Shown piece after piece: positions 18,829 through 28,276 of a stretch of DNA of 47,891 bases. Source of the stretch: Capsulimonadales bacterium (lineage in GTDB: Bacteria > Armatimonadota > Armatimonadia > Armatimonadales > Armatimonadaceae). The notes below the pieces were generated by a model. The model was given only the letters and a program-made list of their open reading frames with translations. It was not told where the DNA came from and ran no database searches. Position 1 is the stretch's first letter. Every line of letters starts with the position of its first letter. A program made the translations under genes and the position numbers. Where the stretch lies: NCBI GenBank assembly GCA_033762295.1, contig JANRLW010000116.1, positions 1 through 47,891 on the forward strand, read 5' to 3'.

Positions 18829-20960
18829 CGGACACCTCCCCGCTGTCGAAAACCCCCTTCTACGTCATCGGGGGAACCATGCCACGGAACGCCCCGTCGT
18901 ACGTCGAACGAGCGGCGGACCGCGAACTGACGGAGGCGTTACGCGCCGGCGAGTTCTGCTACGTATTGACCTCGCGGCAGATGGGCAAGTCCAGCCTGAT
19001 GGTGCGGGCCGCCGCCCGATTACGGGAGGAAGGGGTGTCGGTCGCCGTACTGGATTTGACGGCGGTCGGTCAGAATCTCAGCCCCGAACAATGGTACGAC
19101 GGTCTGCTCCATCTGCTGGCGCGTTCGCTGGACCTGGAGGACGAACTGGACGCCTTCTGGCGGAAGAACCGGCACCTCGGGCCGCTGCAGCGATGGATTC
19201 AGGGATTGAAAGAGGTGGTGCTGGAACGGATTCCGGGACGGATCGTCCTCTTTCTGGAGGAGATCGACGCCGCGCGTTCACTGCCGTTTTCGGTGGACGA
19301 ACTGTTCGCGGCAATCCGGGAGTGCTACAACCGCCGCGCCGAGGAGCCGAAATACCGTCGCCTCGCGTTCTGCTTCCTCGGCGTGGCGACCCCCACCGAC
19401 CTGATCCGCGATGCGCGAATCACCCCGTTCAACATCGGTCGGAGGATCACGCTGACCGACTTCCGGCCGGAGGAGGCCGCGCTTTTCGCCGAAGGCTTCC
19501 GCGCGAGGGAGATTTTGCTGCCTCCGGGCGGCGACGAGTACATACGACGGCTGCTGGCGCGGGCGCTCTACTGGACCGGAGGGCATCCGTACCTGACTCA
19601 GCGATTGTGTCAGGCGATTGTCGAGAGCCTTCGATGGCGGCCGCCGGTTCCGGGACGGGAGAACGAACTGGTCGACCGGCTCTGCTCCGAACTGTTCCTT
19701 TCGCCGAAGGTGCGGGACCGGGACGATAACCTGATGCTGGTTCGCGATCGCCTGCTCCGAAGCGACGTGGACACGACCCGACTCCTCCTCCTGTACCGGC
19801 GGATTCGGGACGGCGGACGCGTCCCGGACGATGAGGCCGATCCGCTGGTGAACGTTCTGCGTCTCTCCGGACTGGTGCGAAGCGAGAACGGATGTCTCCG
19901 GGTCCGGAACCCGATCTACGCGCGCGTCTTCGACACGACCTGGATCAAAGCGAATCTTCCCGAGGACGACCGGAACCGGGGACGAATTGCCGACCTGTAT
20001 TCCCCCCTGCGGACGGCAACCCTCGCCGGCGTTTTTCTGCTGATGGCCGCTCTGGTCGGCTTCGCGATGAGATTCGCGCCACATTGGGAACCGCAAACCG
20101 ACGGGATGTCGGACCCGAAGGTAACGCGGACGGAACCGCCGGTCCGCCCGCAACCGGAACCGCCCGCTCCGCCGAAACGTGCCGCGACCGCCAGAAAGGC
20201 ACCGGAAAAACCCTCCGCCGGGAGTGCGGACCGTCGGCCCGCGACGGCGTCCGCAGGTCCGAAACGGGTGGCGGAGGCGAAAGTTCCGCGAGCGACACCG
20301 AAACCGACGCCGCCGACGCCAAAACCGACGCCGCCGACGCCAAAACCGACGCCGCCGACGCCGAAATCGATGCCGCCGACGCCGAAATCGACGCCGCCGA
20401 CGCCGAAATCGACTCCGCCGACGCCGAAACCGACGCTGCCGACGCCGAAACCGGCGTTGATGTCGGCAACGGCGAAGCGGGGGGCGCAGGATCTGTTCCC
20501 GACCGGGGGGCCGAATCACGGCTGGAACCTCGAAACCGATCCCGGCGCCGACGCCGAAATTTTTGCGCTGCCGGGACGCACGGTTAAAATCCGCGTGGAT
20601 GCCACCGGCGCGACCGAATGGAGCGTGCGGACGATCGCTCTTCTGCCCAAACTCCAGCCGCAGACACGGTACGTTCTCACCTTCCGGGCGCGAGCGGATC
20701 GCGAAGCGTCGATGACGGTTCGTATCCAGCGAAATCAACCGGATTGGGAGGAACTCGGGCTCTTTGCGACGCCGGGACTGAGGGCGGAGTGGCAGACCTT
20801 CCGCTGGGAGTTCGAGACGCCGCCCGATACCGAACCGGGGAGCGGTTCCCTGGTTCTCGGACTGGCGCGGCAAACGGCGACGATCGACCTGCGCGACGTG
20901 CATGTGATCCCGGTCGAACCAAGGACCCCGGTCGAACCGATGGTGACCGGCGACGAGTGA
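18825..20960 (+). CDS. AAA_35-like NTPase - TM - Pro-rich linker - CBM4/9-like carbohydrate-binding domain protein
   Basis: ATGA-coupled to the upstream gene. SYVERAAD, SRQMGKSS, EEID, TPFNIG, WTGGHPYLTQRLC, RNPIY; TM LAGVFLLMAALVGFAM; C-terminal WNL...YVLTFRARAD...EWQTF.WEF...LRDV. Confidence 0.88.
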   Translation: MTDTSPLSKTPFYVIGGTMPRNAPSYVERAADRELTEALRAGEFCYVLTSRQMGKSSLMVRAAARLREEGVSVAVLDLTAVGQNLSPEQWYDGLLHLLARSLDLEDELDAFWRKNRHLGPLQRWIQGLKEVVLERIPGRIVLFLEEIDAARSLPFSVDELFAAIRECYNRRAEEPKYRRLAFCFLGVATPTDLIRDARITPFNIGRRITLTDFRPEEAALFAEGFRAREILLPPGGDEYIRRLLARALYWTGGHPYLTQRLCQAIVESLRWRPPVPGRENELVDRLCSELFLSPKVRDRDDNLMLVRDRLLRSDVDTTRLLLLYRRIRDGGRVPDDEADPLVNVLRLSGLVRSENGCLRVRNPIYARVFDTTWIKANLPEDDRNRGRIADLYSPLRTATLAGVFLLMAALVGFAMRFAPHWEPQTDGMSDPKVTRTEPPVRPQPEPPAPPKRAATARKAPEKPSAGSADRRPATASAGPKRVAEAKVPRATPKPTPPTPKPTPPTPKPTPPTPKSMPPTPKSTPPTPKSTPPTPKPTLPTPKPALMSATAKRGAQDLFPTGGPNHGWNLETDPGADAEIFALPGRTVKIRVDATGATEWSVRTIALLPKLQPQTRYVLTFRARADREASMTVRIQRNQPDWEELGLFATPGLRAEWQTFRWEFETPPDTEPGSGSLVLGLARQTATIDLRDVHVIPVEPRTPVEPMVTGDE
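20295..20453 (+). repeat. 21-bp coding tandem repeat, about 7.5 copies (PTPPTPK/STPPTPK)
   Basis: CCGACGCCGCCGACGCC(A/G)AAA units read directly from the sequence. Confidence 0.95.
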
Positions 20961-21078
20961 ACCGGGCTTTTCCTGACACGGACGGAGAGATCGCCCGGAA
21001 CCCTGGCGTCTCTCGGACGTGATGTTTTAGACAGCCGTACGACATCACATCGGGGGCTGTCGGAATGGGAGGGGAACG

Positions 21079-22104
21079 TTGTCCGAACCGGTCAGCAACC
21101 GGGGGATGCGGGGAGTGATCGTCATCGGCACGTCCGCGGGCGGTCCGGAGGCGTTACGACAACTGGTACGCGGTCTGCCCTCAGGGCTGGAAGCGGCAGT
21201 CCTGATCGTTCAGCACATCGCTCCGAACGCCGAGAGTCTCCTGCCGGAGTTGCTTTCGCGCGCCGGCTCGCTGCCTGCCGGACACGCGCACGAGGGCGAA
21301 CGGCCGTTGCCCGGGCATATCTACATCGCTCCGCCCGACCGCCATCTGATTCTGGCCAGGGGGCGGATGCATCTTTCGGCCGGTCCTCGGGAAAATTTCG
21401 CCCGCCCGGCGATCGATGTCCTGTTCCGGTCGGCCGCCTGGGCCTACGGATCGGCTGTGATCGGGATCGTATTGACGGGTATGCTCAGCGACGGCACGGC
21501 CGGACTCTGGGAGGTCAAGCAGTATGGTGGTGTCGCGGTCGTGCAGACGCTCCGGGACGCGGCGTTTCCCTCGATGCCGTACAACGCGATGAATCAGGTG
21601 CCGGTGGATTACGTCCTGCCGGTGGCGGAAATGCCTGCCTTGCTGGCGAAGCTCCTGCGTAACGGAGGTCGGAGAATGGTCGAGGCGAGGGATTCGGACG
21701 CCGGAAAGCCCGGCGAGGCCAGTGTGGAGCGGGACTCCGCCGAGCAGGTGGCGGGGGAACGCGACGGGAAGCTGACCGTTTTCACATGTCCCGAGTGCGG
21801 CGGGTCGCTCTGGCAGGCCAATGCCGGGCCGACACTACGGTTCCGTTGCCATGTCGGTCATGTCTATTACGCCGATCATCTGCTGAACGGACTGACCGAA
21901 AACCTCGAGCGGGCGTTATGGTTCGGGATCCGAACGCTTCGGGACAGGGCCCATCTGGCCGGGCAGGTCGCCGGAGAATGCCGACGTAGCGGGGACGAGG
22001 CGGGTGCGGCCCGGTATGAGGAGAGCGCGCGGACCGATGACGAACACGCCGAACGACTGCGGGAAATGCTGACCGCCGCCACCACGACCAACCACGCCGG
22101 GTAG
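21079..22104 (+). CDS. cheB: Stand-alone CheB-type methylesterase with C-terminal Cys/His metal-binding extension
   Basis: GTSAGG, VQH, RPAIDVLFRS, LTGMLSDG; FTCPECGG...FRCHVGH; no receiver domain. The start may be ATG 21106. Confidence 0.88.
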   Translation: MSEPVSNRGMRGVIVIGTSAGGPEALRQLVRGLPSGLEAAVLIVQHIAPNAESLLPELLSRAGSLPAGHAHEGERPLPGHIYIAPPDRHLILARGRMHLSAGPRENFARPAIDVLFRSAAWAYGSAVIGIVLTGMLSDGTAGLWEVKQYGGVAVVQTLRDAAFPSMPYNAMNQVPVDYVLPVAEMPALLAKLLRNGGRRMVEARDSDAGKPGEASVERDSAEQVAGERDGKLTVFTCPECGGSLWQANAGPTLRFRCHVGHVYYADHLLNGLTENLERALWFGIRTLRDRAHLAGQVAGECRRSGDEAGAARYEESARTDDEHAERLREMLTAATTTNHAG

Positions 22105-22145
22105 TTTGAGCAGGGAAATTTGCACCGGGGGCGGAATATGCGAGT

Positions 22146-25100
22146 ATGAGGCAAGGGAGAGACGTGGGACGGGAAACCGAGGACGGCGATCAGGGGTCAC
22201 TCCCGCCGCGCGAGGACTCGGACGCACTGACCATCATCGGACTGGGCGGGTCCGCCGGCAGCATCCCGGCCATGGAGGCCTTTCTCGCGAATGTCCGACC
22301 GGACAGCGGGTCGGCCTATGTCATCGTCCTCCATCTCCAGCCGGGACGCGAGAGTTATCTGGCGGAGATACTGGGGCGGGCGACGACGATGCCGGTTCGG
22401 CAGGTAACGGAGGCCGTTCAACTGGCGCCGGATCATGTCTACGTCATTCCGCCGGGCAAGCATCTGGAAGCCGTCGACGGATTGCTGCATCTGAGCGTCC
22501 CTGACGCCGCGGACGTGCGTCGGAGCGCCATCGATACCTTCTTCCGGACGCTGGCCGATACCTACGGACCCCAGGCGGCGGCGGTCGTCCTCTCCGGCAC
22601 CGGCGCGGACGGAACGCTGGGCATCCGACAGATCAAGGAGATGGGCGGCCTGGCGGTCGCTCAGTCGCCGGTCGAGGCCGAGTTCGATGCCATGCCGCGG
22701 AGCGCCATCGCGACCGGAATGATCGATTACGTCCTGCCGACCGCCGATATGCCGGCGCAGATCGCCGCCTACTGGCGGACGTCGCACCGCATGCGTCTTC
22801 CGCGTGAGGCTGCGCCGTCACCGGAACAGCGCCTGGAAGGAACCGAGCAGGAAGCCGCACTGGCTGAGATCCTTCTCCATGTCCGGGCGCAGACCGGCCA
22901 TGATTTCGGTCTGTACAAACGGGCCACGGTTCTTCGCCGGATCGGTCGACGGATGCAGGTCAACGCGCACGAGACTCTTCCGTCCTATCGCGATTTCGTT
23001 CGAAGTCATCCCGCCGAGGTCGATGATCTGATCAGTGACCTGTTGATCAGCGTCACCCACTTTTTTCGCGACCCGGAAGCATGGGAAACGCTGGCACAGG
23101 AGGTGGTGCCGTACCTTTTCGAACGGAAGTCGACAAACGATGAGGTGCGTGCCTGGGTCTGCGGCTGCGCCACCGGAGAGGAGGCGTACTCGCTGGCGAT
23201 CCTGTTGCTGGAGTTCGCCGAACGGCTGGCACAGCCGCCGCGTGTTCAGGTCTTTTCCACCGATATGAACGGCGGCGCGGTCGCCCGGGCACGGATCGGT
23301 ATCTATCCGGAGACGATTCTCGGCGATATATCGGAAGAACGCCTTCGCCGATGGTTCCTTAGACAGAACGGAACGTACCAGATTCGAAAGGAGGTACGGG
23401 AGTCGGTCCTTTTCGCCCACCACGACCTGCTTCGGGACACGCCGTTCTCTCGACTGGACCTGGTCACCTGCCGTAACCTGCTCATCTATCTGAATCGGGA
23501 CGCCCAGGAACGGGCATTCGCGACGTTTCATTTCGCACTGCGCCCGGATGGGCGGCTGTTTCTCGGCCCGTCGGAATCCGCGGACAGCGCGGACGGTCTG
23601 TTTTCGACCACGAACAAAGCCCATCGCCTGTATGTCCGGCGGTCCGTGGTCCGACCCCTTCCGCCGCTCCCGGCGGTGGCTATGCTCTCCGCCGACGCGA
23701 GCGCCATTGTACGCGGACCGATGACCGGCTATCGTTCGGACGTACCGGCGGTGCGCCCGCAGGCGGAATTGCCACTCGCCCGCCCCCCGGCGTACGCGGT
23801 CCCGCTCCCGCGTCCGGCATCACCGGAAAGCCGGGGACGGGAACTTTTTCGAAATCTGGTGGAACGGTTCGGGTCGCCGATGGCGCTCGTCAACCGCGAT
23901 CAGGAAATCGTTCACCTGGCAGCCGGCTGCGCCCGCTTTCTGCGGATGGCCGAGGGGGCGCCGACCTTCAACCTGCTCCAACTCGTCCATGCCGACCTGC
24001 GGATGGATCTCCGGGCGGCGCTGTATGCCGCCGGAACGGAGGGCCGGGAACAGTCGCGCCTGGTGTTCGGCGGACCCGCGCTGGCGACGGCCCTCGGTCG
24101 GCGGGACGAGGAGACGGGGGTCACCGTCCGCCTGACCGTGCGCCCGACCGGGGAGACGGCCCCCGAGGAGGTGCGTGGTCTTTTCCTGGTTCAGTTCGAG
24201 GAGATCGAACTCCCGACGCAACCCGGTTCCGGCGGCCTGGCGGACAGCGCCGAATTGACGCAGATCCGGGCGGCGGCCGAGGCGTCGGCGGAAGTGGCAC
24301 GCCGGATGGAGGAGGAGAACGCCACGCTTCAACGTCAACTGCGCGCGACCGTCGAACAGTACGAGGCCATGACCGAGGAACTGAAGGCGTCCAATGAGGA
24401 ATTACAGGCGACCAACGAAGAGATGCGCTCCGTCGCCGAGGAACTGGAGACCGGTAAGGAGGAACTGCAATCGGTCAACGAGGAGTTGTCCACCGTCAAC
24501 AACGAACTGAAGGTGCGTGTCGAGGAGGTGACGATCGCCAATAGCGATCTTCAAAACTTCCTTGGGTCGACCGATATCGGGACTCTGTTCCTGGATCGCG
24601 CCCTTCGGATCAAGCGTTATACCCCGGCCGCCGAGTTGTTGTTCAACCTGATTCCGACCGATATCGGTCGGCCGCTGGCCCACCTGACCAACCGCCTCGC
24701 CTATCCGGCATTGGCCGAGGATGCCGCCGCCGTGCTGCAGCGACTGGTGCCGGTCGAACGTGAGGTCACCAGCGCGGACGGCCTGCGGCACTATCTCGTC
24801 CGTTTGCTCCCCTACCGCAGCGAAGACGACCGTATCGAAGGTGTCGTCCTGACCTTTGTCGATATCACCGAACGGCGAAAAGCGGAGGAGGCGCTGCGCG
24901 CCAGTGAGAACCGCTACCGCTCCCTGTACGAATCGATGGATCAGGGGGTGCAAATGACCGAACTGGTACGTGATGAGGCCGGTCAGGTCGTCGACGCTCG
25001 CCTGCTGCAGGTAAATCCCGCCTGGGAAAAGATCCTGGGTCTCTCCCCCGAAACGGTTCTCGGCCGCCGGATCTCCGAGTGGTTTCCGGACCTCGAACCG

Positions 25101-27356
25101 CTCTGGTTCGAGGTCTGGGAGCGGGTGGTCCGTACCGGACGTGCGGAGCGTCTGGAACATCCGGTCGGTCGGTTGAATCGCTGGTTCGATGCCTTCATTT
25201 CCCCGATGGGTGGCGACCGGTTTCTATTCCTGTTTACCGATTCGACGGAGCGTCGGCGGCAGGAAGCCGCGTTACGCGAGAGCGAAGCCCGTCAGGCGTT
25301 CCTGGTACGATTGGGCGACACGCTCCGTCCGCTCTCCGATCCGGCGGAGATCGGTTACCAGGCGTCGCGATTGCTGGGAGAGCATCTGCGGGCCAGCCAC
25401 GTCGGGTATACGAAGGACCGGGGCGAAAGCCGGACGATTTCCGGAGGCCGATACTACGTCGAGAGTGTTTCCGCGATCGAGGACGCCTCCCTCTTCGATG
25501 AGTACGACCCGACCCTGCTGCCGGACTTTCGCGCCGGCCGCACGGTGGTGCGTTCGGATATCGCGAACGATCCGTCGCTGACGGAGGCGGAAAAAGACGG
25601 CTTTGTCGCGTTCGGAGTGGGATCGACGGTCCACGTGCCTCTGATGAAGGAGGGACGACCGACAGCCGTCCTCTTCGTTCACGATCGCGGGCCGCGCGAG
25701 TGGACCGCCTCCGAAGTCGCCCTGATGGAGGAGACGGCGGAACGAATCCGGGCGGCCGTCGAACGCGCCATAGCGGAGAACGTCGTCCGCGATTCCGAGG
25801 CGCATCTCCAGATGATCGCCAACCTGATGCCCGGTCTGCTCTGGAGCACCGATCCGCAGGGAGAACCGGAGTGGTACAACCAGGAATGGCTGGAATATAC
25901 CGGCCAGACGTCGGAGGAAGCCGTCCGTTTCGGCTGGCTGGAGGCCATTCATCCCGAGGACCGCAAGAAATCGCTCAACAGCTTCCGGATGACGACGGAA
26001 TCGTACGAAACGGCCTGGCAGGAGCACCGTATCCGGAGTGCCGCCGGGGAGTATCGATGGTTTCTGGTAAGGGCGCGCCCGCTCCGCAATGACCGGGGAG
26101 AGGTCGTTCGCTGGTTCGGAACGGCGACCGATATCGAGGACCTGAAACGGGCGCAGGCGGCGCAGCGCGAAACGGAGGAGCGCTTCCGCCTGATGGTGGA
26201 GGGCGCGACCGATTACGCCATGGTACTCCACGATCCGTTCGGAACGATCACCTTCTGGAGTACGGGCGCGGAACGGTTGTTTGGCTGGACCGAGGCCGAG
26301 GTGCTGGGCCGGGACGGCGGCATTATTTTTCTGCCGGAGGATCGCGAGGACGGGATTCCGGAACAGGAACGACGGACGGCGGCGGTGGAAGGTCGAGCGA
26401 TCGATCGGCGCTGGCACATTCGAAAGGACGGTTCCCGCCTCTGGGCGGACGGACTTCTGATGCGGCTGGAGGACGAATCCGGCGGCATTCGAGGCTATGC
26501 CAAGGTGACGCGCGACGCGACCGAGCAGAAAAAGTCCGAGGAGGCGCTGCAGGAGGCTCTGGAAGCGGTCGCCGCCGCGAACGAGGCGCTGGAGGAGCGA
26601 GTGCAAAAACGGACGAGGGAACTCTCCCTGCGAACCGAACAACTCGCGGAAATGAGCCAGATGCGTCAGGAACTGCTTCGTCAGGTCGTCACCGCGCAGG
26701 AACAGGAGCGCGCCCGCATCGCCCGCGATCTGCATGACGATACCGGTCAGGTGATCGCCGCGCTTCTTCTCGGATTGAACCAGTGGAAGCATCGGGTGGA
26801 CGGAGGGCAAAATCCGTCGGTCGGCGATTTGCCGACGAAATTGATCGGGCTGGCCGATGAGGTGGCCAGAAAATCCCACCGTCTCGCCTTTACTCTGCGA
26901 CCCACCGCCCTGGATGATCTGGGACTGATGGACGCATTGACCAACTATGCCGAAGCCTGGAGCGCATGGGCGGAACTGCCGGTGGAGGTGGAGGGGATCG
27001 GCCTGGATGGAGCCTCCGGGGCGCGTGTTCGTCTCGCGCCGGAAATCGAGACGACGATCTATCGCGTGGTTCAGGAGGCGCTGACCAACATTCTCCGCCA
27101 TGCGGCCGGGCGCGGCGCGACGCGGGTCACGGTGATCGTCCAGCGTCGGCAGGACGATGTGACGGCGATGGTGGAGGACGACGGTCCCGGGTTCGATGTG
27201 GAAGCGACGCTGAATCAACCGCCCGGACAGCGGCGACTCGGAATCTTCGGGATGCAGGAACGCGCCGGGCTCGCCGGCGGAACGCTGTCCATCGAGTCCG
27301 CGCCGGGAGAGGGAACCACCGTCTATCTCCGGATTCCTCTGGCCCCGGTCCCCTGA
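22146..27356 (+). CDS. CheB-CheR-coiled coil-PAS/GAF hybrid sensor histidine kinase (HisKA_3 type)
   Basis: GGSAGS/LSGTGADG (CheB), GCATGEEAYS/CRNLLIY (CheR), EELKASNEELQ coiled coil, several PAS/PAC, GAF, ERARIARDLHDDTGQ, QEALTN...DDGPGF...G.FGMQER. Confidence 0.93.
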   Translation: MRQGRDVGRETEDGDQGSLPPREDSDALTIIGLGGSAGSIPAMEAFLANVRPDSGSAYVIVLHLQPGRESYLAEILGRATTMPVRQVTEAVQLAPDHVYVIPPGKHLEAVDGLLHLSVPDAADVRRSAIDTFFRTLADTYGPQAAAVVLSGTGADGTLGIRQIKEMGGLAVAQSPVEAEFDAMPRSAIATGMIDYVLPTADMPAQIAAYWRTSHRMRLPREAAPSPEQRLEGTEQEAALAEILLHVRAQTGHDFGLYKRATVLRRIGRRMQVNAHETLPSYRDFVRSHPAEVDDLISDLLISVTHFFRDPEAWETLAQEVVPYLFERKSTNDEVRAWVCGCATGEEAYSLAILLLEFAERLAQPPRVQVFSTDMNGGAVARARIGIYPETILGDISEERLRRWFLRQNGTYQIRKEVRESVLFAHHDLLRDTPFSRLDLVTCRNLLIYLNRDAQERAFATFHFALRPDGRLFLGPSESADSADGLFSTTNKAHRLYVRRSVVRPLPPLPAVAMLSADASAIVRGPMTGYRSDVPAVRPQAELPLARPPAYAVPLPRPASPESRGRELFRNLVERFGSPMALVNRDQEIVHLAAGCARFLRMAEGAPTFNLLQLVHADLRMDLRAALYAAGTEGREQSRLVFGGPALATALGRRDEETGVTVRLTVRPTGETAPEEVRGLFLVQFEEIELPTQPGSGGLADSAELTQIRAAAEASAEVARRMEEENATLQRQLRATVEQYEAMTEELKASNEELQATNEEMRSVAEELETGKEELQSVNEELSTVNNELKVRVEEVTIANSDLQNFLGSTDIGTLFLDRALRIKRYTPAAELLFNLIPTDIGRPLAHLTNRLAYPALAEDAAAVLQRLVPVEREVTSADGLRHYLVRLLPYRSEDDRIEGVVLTFVDITERRKAEEALRASENRYRSLYESMDQGVQMTELVRDEAGQVVDARLLQVNPAWEKILGLSPETVLGRRISEWFPDLEPLWFEVWERVVRTGRAERLEHPVGRLNRWFDAFISPMGGDRFLFLFTDSTERRRQEAALRESEARQAFLVRLGDTLRPLSDPAEIGYQASRLLGEHLRASHVGYTKDRGESRTISGGRYYVESVSAIEDASLFDEYDPTLLPDFRAGRTVVRSDIANDPSLTEAEKDGFVAFGVGSTVHVPLMKEGRPTAVLFVHDRGPREWTASEVALMEETAERIRAAVERAIAENVVRDSEAHLQMIANLMPGLLWSTDPQGEPEWYNQEWLEYTGQTSEEAVRFGWLEAIHPEDRKKSLNSFRMTTESYETAWQEHRIRSAAGEYRWFLVRARPLRNDRGEVVRWFGTATDIEDLKRAQAAQRETEERFRLMVEGATDYAMVLHDPFGTITFWSTGAERLFGWTEAEVLGRDGGIIFLPEDREDGIPEQERRTAAVEGRAIDRRWHIRKDGSRLWADGLLMRLEDESGGIRGYAKVTRDATEQKKSEEALQEALEAVAAANEALEERVQKRTRELSLRTEQLAEMSQMRQELLRQVVTAQEQERARIARDLHDDTGQVIAALLLGLNQWKHRVDGGQNPSVGDLPTKLIGLADEVARKSHRLAFTLRPTALDDLGLMDALTNYAEAWSAWAELPVEVEGIGLDGASGARVRLAPEIETTIYRVVQEALTNILRHAAGRGATRVTVIVQRRQDDVTAMVEDDGPGFDVEATLNQPPGQRRLGIFGMQERAGLAGGTLSIESAPGEGTTVYLRIPLAPVP

Positions 27357-27380
27357 GACGGACGCCGAAGGTAGGAGTTT

Positions 27381-27695
27381 TTGTCGGACCCGCCGAACGT
27401 GACAGGGAATCCCCTCGATAATGGAGACTCTACTTTGGAAGATTCCTGGTTTGATTCCGCTACCGGGCTGTTGCGCTTTGATGAGATCGTCGCGCAGCGT
27501 CCGACCTTTCAAAAGATCATGGCCGACGGGGCCGTGACCCCGCAGGAGTTCCGCGATCAGGCGGACAAGGTGCACGGCCTGATGCGTCAACTGGAAGGTA
27601 TGCTCGCTCCGGAGGCGAAAACCGTCGCCACCGATACGCTGGCCGAACTTGCCGTGTTGCTGGCGTTATCGGCGCGAGTATCGTCCGGAGCGTAG
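27381..27695 (+). CDS. Hypothetical protein
   Basis: TTG start after AGGAG; host-like codon usage; same strand as its neighbours. Confidence 0.7.
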   Translation: MSDPPNVTGNPLDNGDSTLEDSWFDSATGLLRFDEIVAQRPTFQKIMADGAVTPQEFRDQADKVHGLMRQLEGMLAPEAKTVATDTLAELAVLLALSARVSSGA

Positions 27696-27707
27696 AAAGG
27701 AAGAGCG

Positions 27708-28193
27708 ATGGCTGATTTTCTCGATGAGTATTTTCGAACGACCCGTACGGTTCCGGTGACCCCGGAGGACCTGGGGCCGATCGGGGAGGATGTCCTTCAG
27801 CACTTCCGATTGCAGAACTATGTCGTGTCCGGATCGCGGCTGGCCAGCGGCGGCTGGTACATCTCCATCCACCGGGGCGACTGGTTTCGCGCCATTCTCG
27901 GACTGAAGACGGCGTTGAACATTACCATCGACCGGACGCCGGGAGGAACCCTGGTTTCGGCCGGCGTCGGTATCTTCGAACTGCAGGCGCTGCCCACCAT
28001 CATCACGATCTTCGTCTTTGCGCCGGTCGTGCTCGGTCAGATCTGGGGCATTATCCGGCAGAACGAACTGGACGAGGAAGCGGTGCGCTTTGTCGAGGAC
28101 CGGCTGGCGTACTACGCCGGCGCGAACCAGGGCTCCGAGGAGTCGGCGGCGGCCCGTGCGATGGCGGAAGCCGAACTGGGCGGCGGCGTTTAA
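27708..28193 (+). CDS. Hypothetical membrane protein
   Basis: AAGGAAG RBS; hydrophobic segment ALPTIITIFVFAPVVLGQIWGII. Confidence 0.8.
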   Translation: MADFLDEYFRTTRTVPVTPEDLGPIGEDVLQHFRLQNYVVSGSRLASGGWYISIHRGDWFRAILGLKTALNITIDRTPGGTLVSAGVGIFELQALPTIITIFVFAPVVLGQIWGIIRQNELDEEAVRFVEDRLAYYAGANQGSEESAAARAMAEAELGGGV

Positions 28194-28220
28194 CCGTTGG
28201 ACCGTTGGACCGTTGGACCG
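28193..28220 (+). repeat. 8-bp tandem repeat (ACCGTTGG) x3.5
   Basis: Read directly; followed by the hairpin GCGGGACG...CGTCCCGC at 28221-28243. Confidence 0.9.
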
Positions 28221-28276
28221 GCGGGACGGTCGCGTCGTCCCGCTTCGCACAGGCTTCCTACCTGATACAATAACCC

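Noticed and set aside
20295..20453. CRISPR-like array
   Set aside because: Contiguous in-frame repeats without spacers; no cas genes or repeat-spacer arrays were seen anywhere in the window.
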